Assembly (NCBI GenBank): GCA_015233675.1
Contig: JADFXH010000002.1
Coordinates: 206,794-270,793, forward strand
Origin: Candidatus Omnitrophota bacterium
GTDB lineage: Bacteria > Omnitrophota > Gorgyraeia > Zapsychrales > Fredricksoniimonadaceae
Length of the DNA stretch: 64,000 nt
Direction: 5' to 3'
Position 1 is the stretch's first letter, and each line of letters opens with the position of its first letter. Below the pieces are notes generated by a model. It did no database searches. It was given only the letters and a program-made list of their open reading frames with translations, and was not told the origin of the DNA. This document shows, piece by piece, positions 37,293 through 46,313 of the stretch. A program made the position numbers and the translations under genes.

Positions 37293-38234
37293 ATGAAAAT
37301 CTTTAATAAATTTATATATTTCATATTTTTTTCAGCATTGATCCATTCTGTATGGGCAAACCAAAATATTCCGGATAAGGAGATGTCCCGTCCTTCAATG
37401 GCGGTTATTAAGAAAGCCGTGGATTTGGTTGCGGGCGAATATCAGAAAAGTGTTTTATCGGCACTTAGAAAATCCGGCAGAAATGCCCGGGAACTTATTT
37501 ATGCTCTTGAAAATGTGAGTCTGCGTCAGAGGGAAGGGATGGCATTCTTGATTGCCAATATGCCTGGACGTGATTTGGTGGCTTTAAAGGGCAATTTTTT
37601 AGTTGAGAATGAAATTCTGGCTTATCAAGCAATGAGTGAGGTCCCATGGGGGAAGGACATTCCCCCGGCAATATTTTTTAATGATGTTTTGCCTTATGCT
37701 TCTTTTAATGAGTACAGGGATAATTGGCGAGCGGATTTTTACAAACGTTTTATCAAAATTGCCAAGAACAGTAAAACCATAGATCAGGCAGTGATAGCCT
37801 TAAATAAATATGCTTTTGATGCCCTGCATGTTTCCTATGACGCGGTTAAGCGACCCAAACCCGATCAAAGCCCTAATGAGTCCATCCGGGCCCGTTATGC
37901 TTCCTGCACCGGGCTTTCGATCCTTTTGACAGACGTTTTGCGTTCCGTTGGTATTCCGGCTCGAATAGCGGCCATTGCCATGTGGCCTGATGGAAGCGGT
38001 AACCATACCTGGGTGGAGATTTGGGACGGGCATTGGCGTTATATAGAAGCCGACCAACCATCCCCACTTGACCATACATGGTTTACCATGAAGGCCTCAC
38101 GTACAGATTCCGGGCATCCTATTTATGCGACAAGTTTTAAAAGAACCCGGTTAAAATTTCCTATGCGTTGGGCGCTAAACCTTAAATTTGTTTCTGCCAT
38201 TGATGTGACTGAGAATTATAGGAATCTAAAATAA
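37293..38234 (+). CDS. Secreted transglutaminase-like (papain-fold) protein
   Basis: Signal peptide. Catalytic Cys context RYASCTGLSILLTDVLRSVGIPARI, His context GNHTWVEIW, downstream D. Confidence 0.75.
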   Translation: MKIFNKFIYFIFFSALIHSVWANQNIPDKEMSRPSMAVIKKAVDLVAGEYQKSVLSALRKSGRNARELIYALENVSLRQREGMAFLIANMPGRDLVALKGNFLVENEILAYQAMSEVPWGKDIPPAIFFNDVLPYASFNEYRDNWRADFYKRFIKIAKNSKTIDQAVIALNKYAFDALHVSYDAVKRPKPDQSPNESIRARYASCTGLSILLTDVLRSVGIPARIAAIAMWPDGSGNHTWVEIWDGHWRYIEADQPSPLDHTWFTMKASRTDSGHPIYATSFKRTRLKFPMRWALNLKFVSAIDVTENYRNLK

Positions 38235-38301
38235 ATAGAAACGTCTACAGATTGTTTATTACTCCATGTCATCCCCGAATGCTATAATTGCGGATCGATG
38301 T

Positions 38302-38371
38302 TTCTGGATTCCCGCTTTCGCGGGAATGACAAAATCTATTATGTCATCCCCGCGAAAGCGGGGATCCAGAA
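38302..38371. repeat. 29-bp inverted repeat built from two arms of the GTCATTCCCGCGAAAGCGGGAATCC-type palindromic element
   Basis: TTCTGGATTCCCGCTTTCGCGGGAATGAC (38302-38330), a 12-nt spacer, then GTCATCCCCGCGAAAGCGGGGATCCAGAA (38343-38371). A further GTCATCCCCG terminus lies at 38268. Confidence 0.8.
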
Positions 38372-38516
38372 TTACAATAATTTGTGAGCATGTGACTTAG
38401 TCTGTTCGGGTGAATGAATAGAGCAAATCACACACTTTATGGGCCTAGTGCCTTGGAAGACGGATAACATGGTTTTTTGTGCCTATGGTGATATACTAAA
38501 TAAGGGGATATATTAT

Positions 38517-39107
38517 ATGGACAGCCGAAAAGGGTTTACTTTAATAGAAATACTAGTGGTGATGATAATTATAGGGATTACGACTTCTTTTGCTTTGTAT
38601 AGTTGTAACTATCAGATAAACAAGGCAATAGCTAATGCTACCGGAAAGAATTTGTCAATGCTGGCACAGGCCCAGCAGATTTTTTATTTGAATCATGGGT
38701 ACTTTTGTAAAACGCAGGAAGGGGATGCCCATACGTTCCAAAATTCCACCCCTGCATTACCTAACTGCCAGTTGCTATATCCTGCCAGTACCTGTGGGGA
38801 TAATCTATTGACGCTCAATTGTAATCTGGGTTTGAATATTGTTGACACAAATTATACTTATAGGTGTTCATCAGATTATAGTAACTGCAAAGATCCACTA
38901 GTACAACACTTCGAGTGTGCGGCCATGAGTAATAATCAAAAAGAAGAGCTATACATTAAAAATTTTCCTGAAGCTTATCTTAATAATATTCCTAACCAAA
39001 TATTTTGCGACTACAGATCTAGCTGCAACAATGGAGCTCCCTGCGTAACTAGTGCCCAGTATTGCCCGGATACAAATGTATACCCATTGGGTACCGTGAT
39101 TCCTTAG
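38517..39107 (+). CDS. Type IV pilin-like protein, Cys-rich
   Basis: Prepilin leader and methylation motif MDSRKG-FTLIEILVVMIIIGI. 12 Cys in the globular part. RBS AAGGGGA upstream of ATG 38517. Confidence 0.85.
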   Translation: MDSRKGFTLIEILVVMIIIGITTSFALYSCNYQINKAIANATGKNLSMLAQAQQIFYLNHGYFCKTQEGDAHTFQNSTPALPNCQLLYPASTCGDNLLTLNCNLGLNIVDTNYTYRCSSDYSNCKDPLVQHFECAAMSNNQKEELYIKNFPEAYLNNIPNQIFCDYRSSCNNGAPCVTSAQYCPDTNVYPLGTVIP

Positions 39108-39297
39108 TTCCTCCCTTCAAGGCTTTATTATCAATTATCGACGGAAATCAAATATTATTCTATTTTTTTTGTCCTCCCGCCCTAACCGAGCTTATACTAT
39201 TGCAAATTTGATGCCTGACTGCCGCAGAGGGCGGCAGGCCGCCCCGCCAGGGGGCGGGAAAAAAGTACTTGTTTGGTGTTCTGAGAGAATCAACGAT

Positions 39298-39372
39298 GTC
39301 ATTCTGAGACCTCAGGGCGAAGGATCTTAAGACGCCTTAAGATTCCTCGTCGCTATCGCTCCTCAGAATGAC
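39298..39372. repeat. GTCATT...AATGAC palindromic element (full copy, GTCATTCTGAG subtype)
   Basis: GTCATTCTGAG...GGATCTTAAG-ACGC-CTTAAGATTCC...CTCAGAATGAC. Same length class (75 bp) and architecture as 19813-19888. Confidence 0.8.
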
Positions 39373-39423
39373 AAAGTTCTTTCAACTCGTTAAAGATTTA
39401 CGTTTTACTTTGTGATATTAAAT

Positions 39424-39452
39424 TTGACAAATAATCAATAATATGTTATGAT
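39424..39452 (+). promoter_or_regulatory. Sigma70-type promoter candidate for the T4SS operon
   Basis: TTGACA, a 17-nt spacer, then TATGAT. Bracketed by ATTTGAC (39422-39428) and GTCAAAT (39455-39461). Confidence 0.55.
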
Positions 39453-39480
39453 TCGTCAAATCTTCAATGATGTATCAAAA

Positions 39481-39630
39481 AGGGCGTTGGCCCGACCTAA
39501 TCAATGGAAAGGCTCATGGAATTTCAAGGAAGGGCGTTGGCCCGACCTAATCAATGGAAAGGCTCATGGAATTTCAAGGAAGGGCGTTGGCCCGACTTAA
39601 TCAATGGGAAAACTTAGTGGAATTATAGGG
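39481..39630. repeat. 3 x 50-bp head-to-tail tandem repeat in the T4SS operon leader
   Basis: AGGGCGTTGGCCCGACCTAATCAATGGAAAGGCTCATGGAATTTCAAGGA is identical at 39481-39530 and 39531-39580. The third copy (39581-39630) diverges after about 26 nt. Confidence 0.95.
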
Positions 39631-39644
39631 AAGGGGATGATGTT

Positions 39645-39959
39645 ATGAGAAATATGAAAATTTTTTTAGTTTTATCAGGGTTTATGATTTTTTTTGTTAG
39701 CAATGCATCCGCGACGACAAGTTCGCAAATTCTGGTGATGTCAAACCAATTATATCAAATCGCAAAAGATTTGACCACAGGGCTTTTCCCTACATCAGTC
39801 TTGCTCATTGCCATCGGCATGTGGGGATTTATTAACGCTTTCGGTAAAAGCATTGGCGATGGTATCCACCAACTAACAAATATCATTGCCGTAGGCGGAA
39901 TTGTATTTTTTGCTTCATCGTTGCTTGTCAACGCGGCTTTATTTTCAGCGCAAATGTAA
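39645..39959 (+). CDS. trbC: T4SS pilin, TrbC/VirB2-like
   Basis: 104 aa. Signal peptide (..FFVSNASA), then two hydrophobic helices. Sits immediately upstream of the VirB3/VirB4 homologues. Confidence 0.6.
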   Translation: MRNMKIFLVLSGFMIFFVSNASATTSSQILVMSNQLYQIAKDLTTGLFPTSVLLIAIGMWGFINAFGKSIGDGIHQLTNIIAVGGIVFFASSLLVNAALFSAQM

Positions 39960-39962
39960 AAT

Positions 39963-40280
39963 ATGATCAATCGTAAAAGAACCACACCTTTATTGCAAAG
40001 TTTGACCAAACCAATCCTGCTCTTAGGGGCAGAAAGAGAGAATATTATTCTTTTGGCCTGTCTTTCTTTAAGCCTTTGCACGGTTGGCAGGGATGTTTTG
40101 TCTCTAGTTTTGGCGTTATTAATATGGAGTATCGGGATAATCGCCAGCAGATTGACAGCCAAAGTTGACCCATGGGCCACAAAGGTATTCTTAAGGTCCC
40201 TTTTATACCGGAATTTTTATAGTGCTCGGGAAAGAATAAATACCCCCCAGTGTGTTTTAAGACGCAGCAGGAAAATTTAA
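39963..40280 (+). CDS. trbD: T4SS inner-membrane protein, TrbD/VirB3-like
   Basis: 105 aa. LLQSLTKPILLLGAERE followed by two TM. Position between the pilin and VirB4. Confidence 0.6.
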   Translation: MINRKRTTPLLQSLTKPILLLGAERENIILLACLSLSLCTVGRDVLSLVLALLIWSIGIIASRLTAKVDPWATKVFLRSLLYRNFYSARERINTPQCVLRRSRKI

Positions 40281-40281
40281 T

Positions 40282-42732
40282 ATGTTGCCTGTAAAGGAAT
40301 TCACAGAAGGTCCCGCGGGGTTTCCTTCATTGATCAATTATTTTGAATTTGTTGATGAAGGAGTCTTGTTTAACCGTGATGGAAGCCTCTTGGGCTGTTT
40401 TTATTTTTGCGGACCTGACATGGATTCTTCTTTAGGAGAAGAAGAGGATCAGATATCTTCTCAAATCCAGTCAATTTTTCAGAATTTTGGTAATGGCTGG
40501 TCCCTGCATGTGGATTTAATCAGGGTGCCCGCGATTGCGTATCCCCAAACGCATCATTTTAATAACCCGACCTCCATATTAATTGAAAAGCACCGGCGCG
40601 AGCGCTATGAAAAAGAAGGTGATCATTTTGAGAATATCTATGCTATCAGTCTTTGCTATCTTCCATCGGTTGTTGAAAATAAACTTATGAATAGTTTCTT
40701 CATCCAGAATGCCCAAAAAGATGAAGCTCCAAGCCTTGAGTTTATTATCGATGTTTTTAATCAAAAATTGAGCGAATTCCAGGGGAATATTTCAAATAAA
40801 ATACACATTATACGCATGAGCTCTGCTGAGATGATGACTTTTCTTAATCGATGTATCGCGGGTGTAAAGTCTGAAACTCCGCTCCCAAAGCCGCCTTGTT
40901 ACCTGAACCATTATTTGGGGGCGCATGAGTTTACCGGTGGGCATGAACCCATGGTTGATGATTATCATATCGGGGTCATCACACTGACTCAATTTCCCTT
41001 TGAAAGCTACTTCGGAATTCTAGATATTCTCTCAACACTTCAATTTGAATATAGATTCTCTTCAAGATTTCTTTTTTATGATCCCATTGATGCCCTTGGG
41101 GTCGTTGATGAATACCAGGGCAAATACTTAGGGATGAAATATTCCATAGGGCAAATGGTGATGGGCGCTTTTGGCAAAGATCCCCGCTTAAACCCTGATG
41201 CTGCAAATCGTTCGGTGTTAACGAAAATCGAGGAAACTAAAACAGCCCAGGAAGCTATTGAAATGGCCCAAGTGAATTATGGTTATGCGACCTTTGTGGT
41301 GGTGGTTCTTGACAGCAATAAAGCTGAATGTAAAAGGAAAATGGAATACATCAGGGACTTGTTAAATAACAACTGGTTCCCCTCTATTATAGAGAAGATG
41401 AATTCGATAGAGGCCTATCTTGGGAGTTTGCCGGGTGATACTTTGAAAAATATCCGGAAACCCTTCATTAATACCCGGAATCTGGCTGATATGCTTCCTT
41501 TGAGGGATGTTTGGGCAGGCGCGTTGCATAATCCCTGCCCCTATTATCTTAAGAATTCACCGCCTCTTTTTTATGCCGCAACAGATGGGACAACTCCTTT
41601 TAGATTTAATGTCCATGTGGGAGATGTCGGGCATAGCTTGATACTTGGGCCCACCGGAGCGGGTAAATCAGTCTTATTGTCCCACATTGCCAATTCCGCC
41701 TTGCGTTATGAAGGGGCACAAGTGTACATTTTCGACAAGGGCTATAGCCAATATGTCTTAACTCATGCGCTCAAAGGAGAGTTTTACGATATTTTGGGGG
41801 ATGATGACAATCTGGCGTTTTGCCCTTTAAGTAATTTGGATGATCTTGCCCAGCAAAAATGGGCTTGCGGCTGGGTTGAAAGGATTGTTTCTCTGCAAGG
41901 GGTTGTCATAAATCCGGCCATTCGTGCCGCTATTGAAGGGGCCATTCGTGATACCAGTAAATCCCTGTCAAAAACCATGTCGGATTTTTATTTAAACCTT
42001 CAACATGATGAAATCAAAGAAGCTCTAAAACCTTTTGTTCAGATCAAAGAGGGGTATATGTCTTCCCTATTAGATGCCAGGGAAGACGGGTTTAAAAAAG
42101 GCAGATTTCAAACTTTTGAAATTTCAAATTTGATGGGGCTGGACAACAGATTAAGCACTCCTGTTTTGCTTTATTTATTTCATAAGATCCAATGCTCCTT
42201 AGATGGGAGCCCGACCTTTATAATCATCGATGAAGGTTGGTTGATCATGCTGCACGAAACATTTATGACCTATTGGATAGAATTCTTGAGGACAATCAGA
42301 AAGAATAATGCCTGTGTGCTTTTAGCTACCCAGAGCCTTTCGGATATCGTCAATTCACCGTATGTTAATTTTATCAATGAAAGTTGTTTTACTAAAGTCT
42401 TTTTGCCTAACCCTGCGGCAAGAGAAGCGGATAATAAAATGTTTTACGAGGCTTTTGGGCTTAATGAACGGCAAATTGAGATCATCAGTGAAGCGATACG
42501 TAAAAAACACTATTACGTGACTGCCCGTGATGTGGGCAATCGTTTAATTGATTTGGGATTAAAAAATTTAGAACTTGTCTTTTATGGGGCTGGAACAACA
42601 CTACAGGAGAGACAAAAGGTTAAAGAATTCAGGAAAAATTATGGGGACGATTGGGTGGCCAAGTGGCTGGAAGATAAGGGACTGGCCAGCCATGCTCAAG
42701 AATGGATGGCGATCAAAGGAAGCCGGCCATGA
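40282..42732 (+). CDS. trbE: T4SS ATPase TrbE/VirB4
   Basis: 816 aa. Walker A ILGPTGAGKS, Walker B FIIIDEGW, LATQSLSD motif. Confidence 0.9.
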   Translation: MLPVKEFTEGPAGFPSLINYFEFVDEGVLFNRDGSLLGCFYFCGPDMDSSLGEEEDQISSQIQSIFQNFGNGWSLHVDLIRVPAIAYPQTHHFNNPTSILIEKHRRERYEKEGDHFENIYAISLCYLPSVVENKLMNSFFIQNAQKDEAPSLEFIIDVFNQKLSEFQGNISNKIHIIRMSSAEMMTFLNRCIAGVKSETPLPKPPCYLNHYLGAHEFTGGHEPMVDDYHIGVITLTQFPFESYFGILDILSTLQFEYRFSSRFLFYDPIDALGVVDEYQGKYLGMKYSIGQMVMGAFGKDPRLNPDAANRSVLTKIEETKTAQEAIEMAQVNYGYATFVVVVLDSNKAECKRKMEYIRDLLNNNWFPSIIEKMNSIEAYLGSLPGDTLKNIRKPFINTRNLADMLPLRDVWAGALHNPCPYYLKNSPPLFYAATDGTTPFRFNVHVGDVGHSLILGPTGAGKSVLLSHIANSALRYEGAQVYIFDKGYSQYVLTHALKGEFYDILGDDDNLAFCPLSNLDDLAQQKWACGWVERIVSLQGVVINPAIRAAIEGAIRDTSKSLSKTMSDFYLNLQHDEIKEALKPFVQIKEGYMSSLLDAREDGFKKGRFQTFEISNLMGLDNRLSTPVLLYLFHKIQCSLDGSPTFIIIDEGWLIMLHETFMTYWIEFLRTIRKNNACVLLATQSLSDIVNSPYVNFINESCFTKVFLPNPAAREADNKMFYEAFGLNERQIEIISEAIRKKHYYVTARDVGNRLIDLGLKNLELVFYGAGTTLQERQKVKEFRKNYGDDWVAKWLEDKGLASHAQEWMAIKGSRP

Positions 42733-43427
42733 GACTCCTTTTATGGATATTATTAATCATTGGAATTTTTACCCCCACCTCCCAAGCTCTAGACGTAGCA
42801 ACAGAACATACCCAGATTTTAAATAATATTGAACTTATCACAGAGAACTTACGCCAACTGCAAAGCTTATATAACCAGATAGAGATGATAAAAAATCAGG
42901 TGGAAGGCCTTAAGTCTGTTGCAACATATCACAACGGCTTTAGTGACACGGATTCGTTGAGAGACACATTAACTGATCTCATCAACGAGGGGATGTCTCT
43001 TTCTGATCAAACCCAAAGTGTATTAAACACTATGCAGCAGGAGTCAAAAAATTTGACGACTAACGGGACAATGGTTGATCAGGAAAATTCATTAGTCACA
43101 GGCACAATGAATATTGTTGAGAATGCCTTAAATAGAGCCAAAGAGCAAAGGCAATCATATCAGCAGGAAATGAATTCCGTCAACGTGTTAATGGCCAAAA
43201 ATAATCAATCTGCAGGGCAGACGCAGGCATTGCAAACTTTAAATGAGCTTACGGCGTTAACCATTCCGCAAATGCAATTAACGCGTGAATTATTAAGTGA
43301 ACAGATTGCGATACAAGCCGCGATGATTAACAAAGAAAATCAGGAAAAGCAGGACCTGACCAACAAGATGGATCAGATAATCCATCCTATTGATAATAAC
43401 AGCAGTAGTTTTGATTTAGGGAGTTAA
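42729..43427 (+). CDS. trbJ: T4SS TrbJ/VirB5-like secreted coiled-coil protein
   Basis: Signal peptide ending SQA-LDV. N-terminal VATEHTQILNNIELITENLRQLQSLYNQIEMIKNQ is typical of TrbJ. ATGA overlap with trbE. Confidence 0.55.
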   Translation: MRLLLWILLIIGIFTPTSQALDVATEHTQILNNIELITENLRQLQSLYNQIEMIKNQVEGLKSVATYHNGFSDTDSLRDTLTDLINEGMSLSDQTQSVLNTMQQESKNLTTNGTMVDQENSLVTGTMNIVENALNRAKEQRQSYQQEMNSVNVLMAKNNQSAGQTQALQTLNELTALTIPQMQLTRELLSEQIAIQAAMINKENQEKQDLTNKMDQIIHPIDNNSSSFDLGS

Positions 43428-44629
43428 TGGTGGATCCGGTTGCTGTTTCTATATTTAACCAACTGTTAGGCCAATATAATGGCAGTATTTCTGCTATACA
43501 ATCGGGAAGTATTGATATTGCCAAAGAATTGTTTAATGCTATTGCGCTAGTTTCAGTCGCTGTATTAGGCATCAATCGGTTATTGAGCAGGAATGTTGAC
43601 ATGGTTGAGTCAAACATAGAGTTAATAAGATTATTGATCTATCTTAACGTCTTCTATCTTTTTATAAGCAGGTATGACCAATTTTTGCCCTTGATCTTTA
43701 ATTCGTTTAAAGCGGCCGGTATTTATATGGGCGGCAAGGCTGGCGGCTATAGTTTGTCAACTAATCCCGGTAGTATTATAAACATCGGTGTAAGCATAGC
43801 TTCAAAGATACTCAATGCGGCTAAAAACCAGACTTCACTAGCCAATATTGGTTTAAGCCTGATTGCCGTAGTTGCCGCGTTGGTTGTTTTGTATTGTTTT
43901 GGAATAATAGCCATTGAACTTATTTTAATTGATATAGGCAGCCGGATTATTTTAGCAGGAGGGATTTTTCTATTAGCTTTCGCGGGTTCATCATGGACCA
44001 GGGAATACGCGGAACACTATGTGCATACCTTTTTTCACCTTGGCGTCAAAATGCTTTTTGTATATATTCTGGTTGGAATAGGAGCAGGGGTCAGCAGTCA
44101 TTGGACAAAAATCCTGGATAATATCCCTATAGGCCAAATCATAGAATACTATATCGCGGTCATCATGGCATCGCTTGTGTATTACAAAATTTGCCAAAAG
44201 CTGCCGGACCAAGCAGTGGTTTATTTTACCGGTAGGTTATCGATGAATTATGAAACGGCCTCTACTATAAATGCCGTTGTCAAAGATGTTGCCAAAATAG
44301 CTAAATCAGCAGTCGGCGGGGTGCCTGCAATAGTAGGCATGACTAAAGCTGTGGGCGCGGCAAGACAGGCAGTTAAAACATCACTGGAAAGTCAGGGGGA
44401 AAAAGATAATCCGTTAAATACAGGATTTGAAATCATCAAGACGCTTGGAGCGGCTAAGCAAGAAGTAAAACAAGAGGCATGGGACAGGAAAGTCAGCGAC
44501 ACCATGGGAGGGAAAATGGCAAAAGATATTTTGGACGGGATTCCAAAGCCTAAAAGAGAAACAAGAAAAAGTACTAAAAAAAACCCTGGCGGTAATTCTA
44601 ATAATGCCTCGACGGATTATGCGATATGA
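43427..44629 (+). CDS. trbL: T4SS TrbL/VirB6-like polytopic membrane protein
   Basis: About 6-7 TM with a hydrophilic K-rich C-terminal tail. Position after TrbJ, as in trb operons. Confidence 0.6.
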   Translation: MVDPVAVSIFNQLLGQYNGSISAIQSGSIDIAKELFNAIALVSVAVLGINRLLSRNVDMVESNIELIRLLIYLNVFYLFISRYDQFLPLIFNSFKAAGIYMGGKAGGYSLSTNPGSIINIGVSIASKILNAAKNQTSLANIGLSLIAVVAALVVLYCFGIIAIELILIDIGSRIILAGGIFLLAFAGSSWTREYAEHYVHTFFHLGVKMLFVYILVGIGAGVSSHWTKILDNIPIGQIIEYYIAVIMASLVYYKICQKLPDQAVVYFTGRLSMNYETASTINAVVKDVAKIAKSAVGGVPAIVGMTKAVGAARQAVKTSLESQGEKDNPLNTGFEIIKTLGAAKQEVKQEAWDRKVSDTMGGKMAKDILDGIPKPKRETRKSTKKNPGGNSNNASTDYAI

Positions 44630-45291
44630 ATTCAAAAAGCCCGGATCCTTACATTAAAGCCAGAAAAGAATATGATGAGATTACGCATAATATTAACGCA
44701 TCAAAACAAAATTGGCAGCGCCTTAGTTTTGTATTAGGGCTCGCCTTGATCATCAGCATCGCCAGTAATATTTTTACGATTAATAAAGCGCATGTTATTC
44801 CTTATATTGTTCAGGTTGACAATTTGGGAAGGGCACAGGCAACCATTGAAGCTAAAGAAATGCCGTTAAGTGATGAGAGGATAATTAAAGCTTTTGTGTA
44901 CCAATACATTGATATGGCCCGCTCTGTTTTATCGGACCCGGAAAGCTTGAGAAAAGATTTGGCCCAGGTTTATCAGGAGTCTATTAAATCCGTGCAAAGC
45001 AATTTTCTGGATGTTTATTACAAGGATAACAACCCCTTTGATTATGCGCAAAATAAGGGTACCCGTCATATCGAATTATTGGTTTTTTTAAAAGAAGCGG
45101 AAAATACTTATTCTGTGGAATGGCGCGAAATAGAGAGAAACTATGATAATCAGGTTTTGGGTGAGGCTCATTATAAAGCGTTGATTTCTGTCATTCAAAT
45201 TCCACATTCCAATGAGGACCAATTCAGAGAAAATCCGTTAAATCCATTTGGTTTGTATGTGACTTCATTATCATGGTCAAAATTAGCGTAA
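44626..45291 (+). CDS. trbF: T4SS TrbF/VirB8-like protein
   Basis: DPYIKARKEYDE..NWQRLSF + TM + VIPYIVQVDNLG ... ENPLNPFGLYVTSLSWS matches the remembered TrbF pattern. Confidence 0.75.
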   Translation: MNSKSPDPYIKARKEYDEITHNINASKQNWQRLSFVLGLALIISIASNIFTINKAHVIPYIVQVDNLGRAQATIEAKEMPLSDERIIKAFVYQYIDMARSVLSDPESLRKDLAQVYQESIKSVQSNFLDVYYKDNNPFDYAQNKGTRHIELLVFLKEAENTYSVEWREIERNYDNQVLGEAHYKALISVIQIPHSNEDQFRENPLNPFGLYVTSLSWSKLA

Positions 45292-45303
45292 TAGGAGACT
45301 AAC

Positions 45304-46299
45304 ATGAACAATAGAATTAATTTTTTTAAAGCGGAGTCATTGCGCGGAGTGCAGTTTTTAATAGTTCTCACAAGCATGGCATTAAGCGGTTGTGCCAGTG
45401 ATTCCGGTAAAATGGATATAAGAAGTGAGCAGCCTTTAATTCAAATACCGGTCAATGAGCCAGCGCCTCAAATAAAATCGGCGAGCAGCGATGACATAGG
45501 TTTTGAAGATATCAGCCTGTCTGCCAAGAAAAGATTGCAGGTGTTGACAAACAAGATGGAAATTGACAAAGAAACGGACAATTATGTTAACAACGGCCAG
45601 GCGGCCGTGATTACGAGGCCTGACGGGACGATATTGTTCCCTTATGGGCTGGCGCAGATTCATTTAACTGCCAAAAGAATGATGTATAGTAAAATAATTC
45701 TGCAAGAAGGCGAGAAAATAATGAGTGCCGCAGCCGGAGATACGACTCGGTGGAACATTTTGCCAAATTATATCGGGAACAGCGCAACATATACGCCAAT
45801 TATTTTAGTCAAGCCGTTTATGGGGGGCTTACAAACCAGTTTATCCATTATTACAGATAAGCGTGATTATGATATTACCGTCCAATCGGTGGATTCCGGC
45901 GATTATATGCCTCGAGCCGGTTTTTATTACCCTCAGGATAAAGCCGATGCCGTCAATGTCGGATTGCCGCCTGACAAAATTGAAAACAATGAAAGTAAAC
46001 AGCCAAAAATTAACATTGAAAACATTAAATACAATTACCGGATCAAAGGGGATCCATCGCTCAGCTGGTTTCCAACGAGGATTTTTGAAGATGGTAATAA
46101 AGTATTTATCAGGATGTCAGATCATGTGGACCGGTCTCAATTGCCGATTTTTATGATGATTGACCATAGTGGCCAGCCCGAAGTAGTTAATTACCGCTAT
46201 TTTAAACCGTATTTTGTCGTTGATACAATTTTCGACCGGGGAGTACTTATTTTAGGAACGGATAAATACAAACAGGTTGTTAAATTAATTCGAGTTTAA
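45304..46299 (+). CDS. trbG: T4SS TrbG/VirB9-like outer-membrane lipoprotein
   Basis: Lipobox MALSGCAS. C-terminal NYRIKGDPSLSWFPTRIFEDGNKVFIRM is typical of VirB9. Confidence 0.75.
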   Translation: MNNRINFFKAESLRGVQFLIVLTSMALSGCASDSGKMDIRSEQPLIQIPVNEPAPQIKSASSDDIGFEDISLSAKKRLQVLTNKMEIDKETDNYVNNGQAAVITRPDGTILFPYGLAQIHLTAKRMMYSKIILQEGEKIMSAAAGDTTRWNILPNYIGNSATYTPIILVKPFMGGLQTSLSIITDKRDYDITVQSVDSGDYMPRAGFYYPQDKADAVNVGLPPDKIENNESKQPKINIENIKYNYRIKGDPSLSWFPTRIFEDGNKVFIRMSDHVDRSQLPIFMMIDHSGQPEVVNYRYFKPYFVVDTIFDRGVLILGTDKYKQVVKLIRV

Positions 46300-46313
46300 A
46301 TAGTTTATTTATT

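Noticed and set aside
39481-39630. Possible CRISPR array (three 50-bp repeats)
   Set aside because: The repeats are directly contiguous with no spacers, the unit is longer than CRISPR repeats, and no cas genes are present. It is a tandem repeat. A 37-codon ORF that can be read through the repeats is a by-product of the repetition, and its frame shifts between units.
39755-40180. 141-aa minus-strand ORF across the trbC/trbD junction
   Set aside because: It is antisense to two syntenic T4SS genes and shows no family resemblance.
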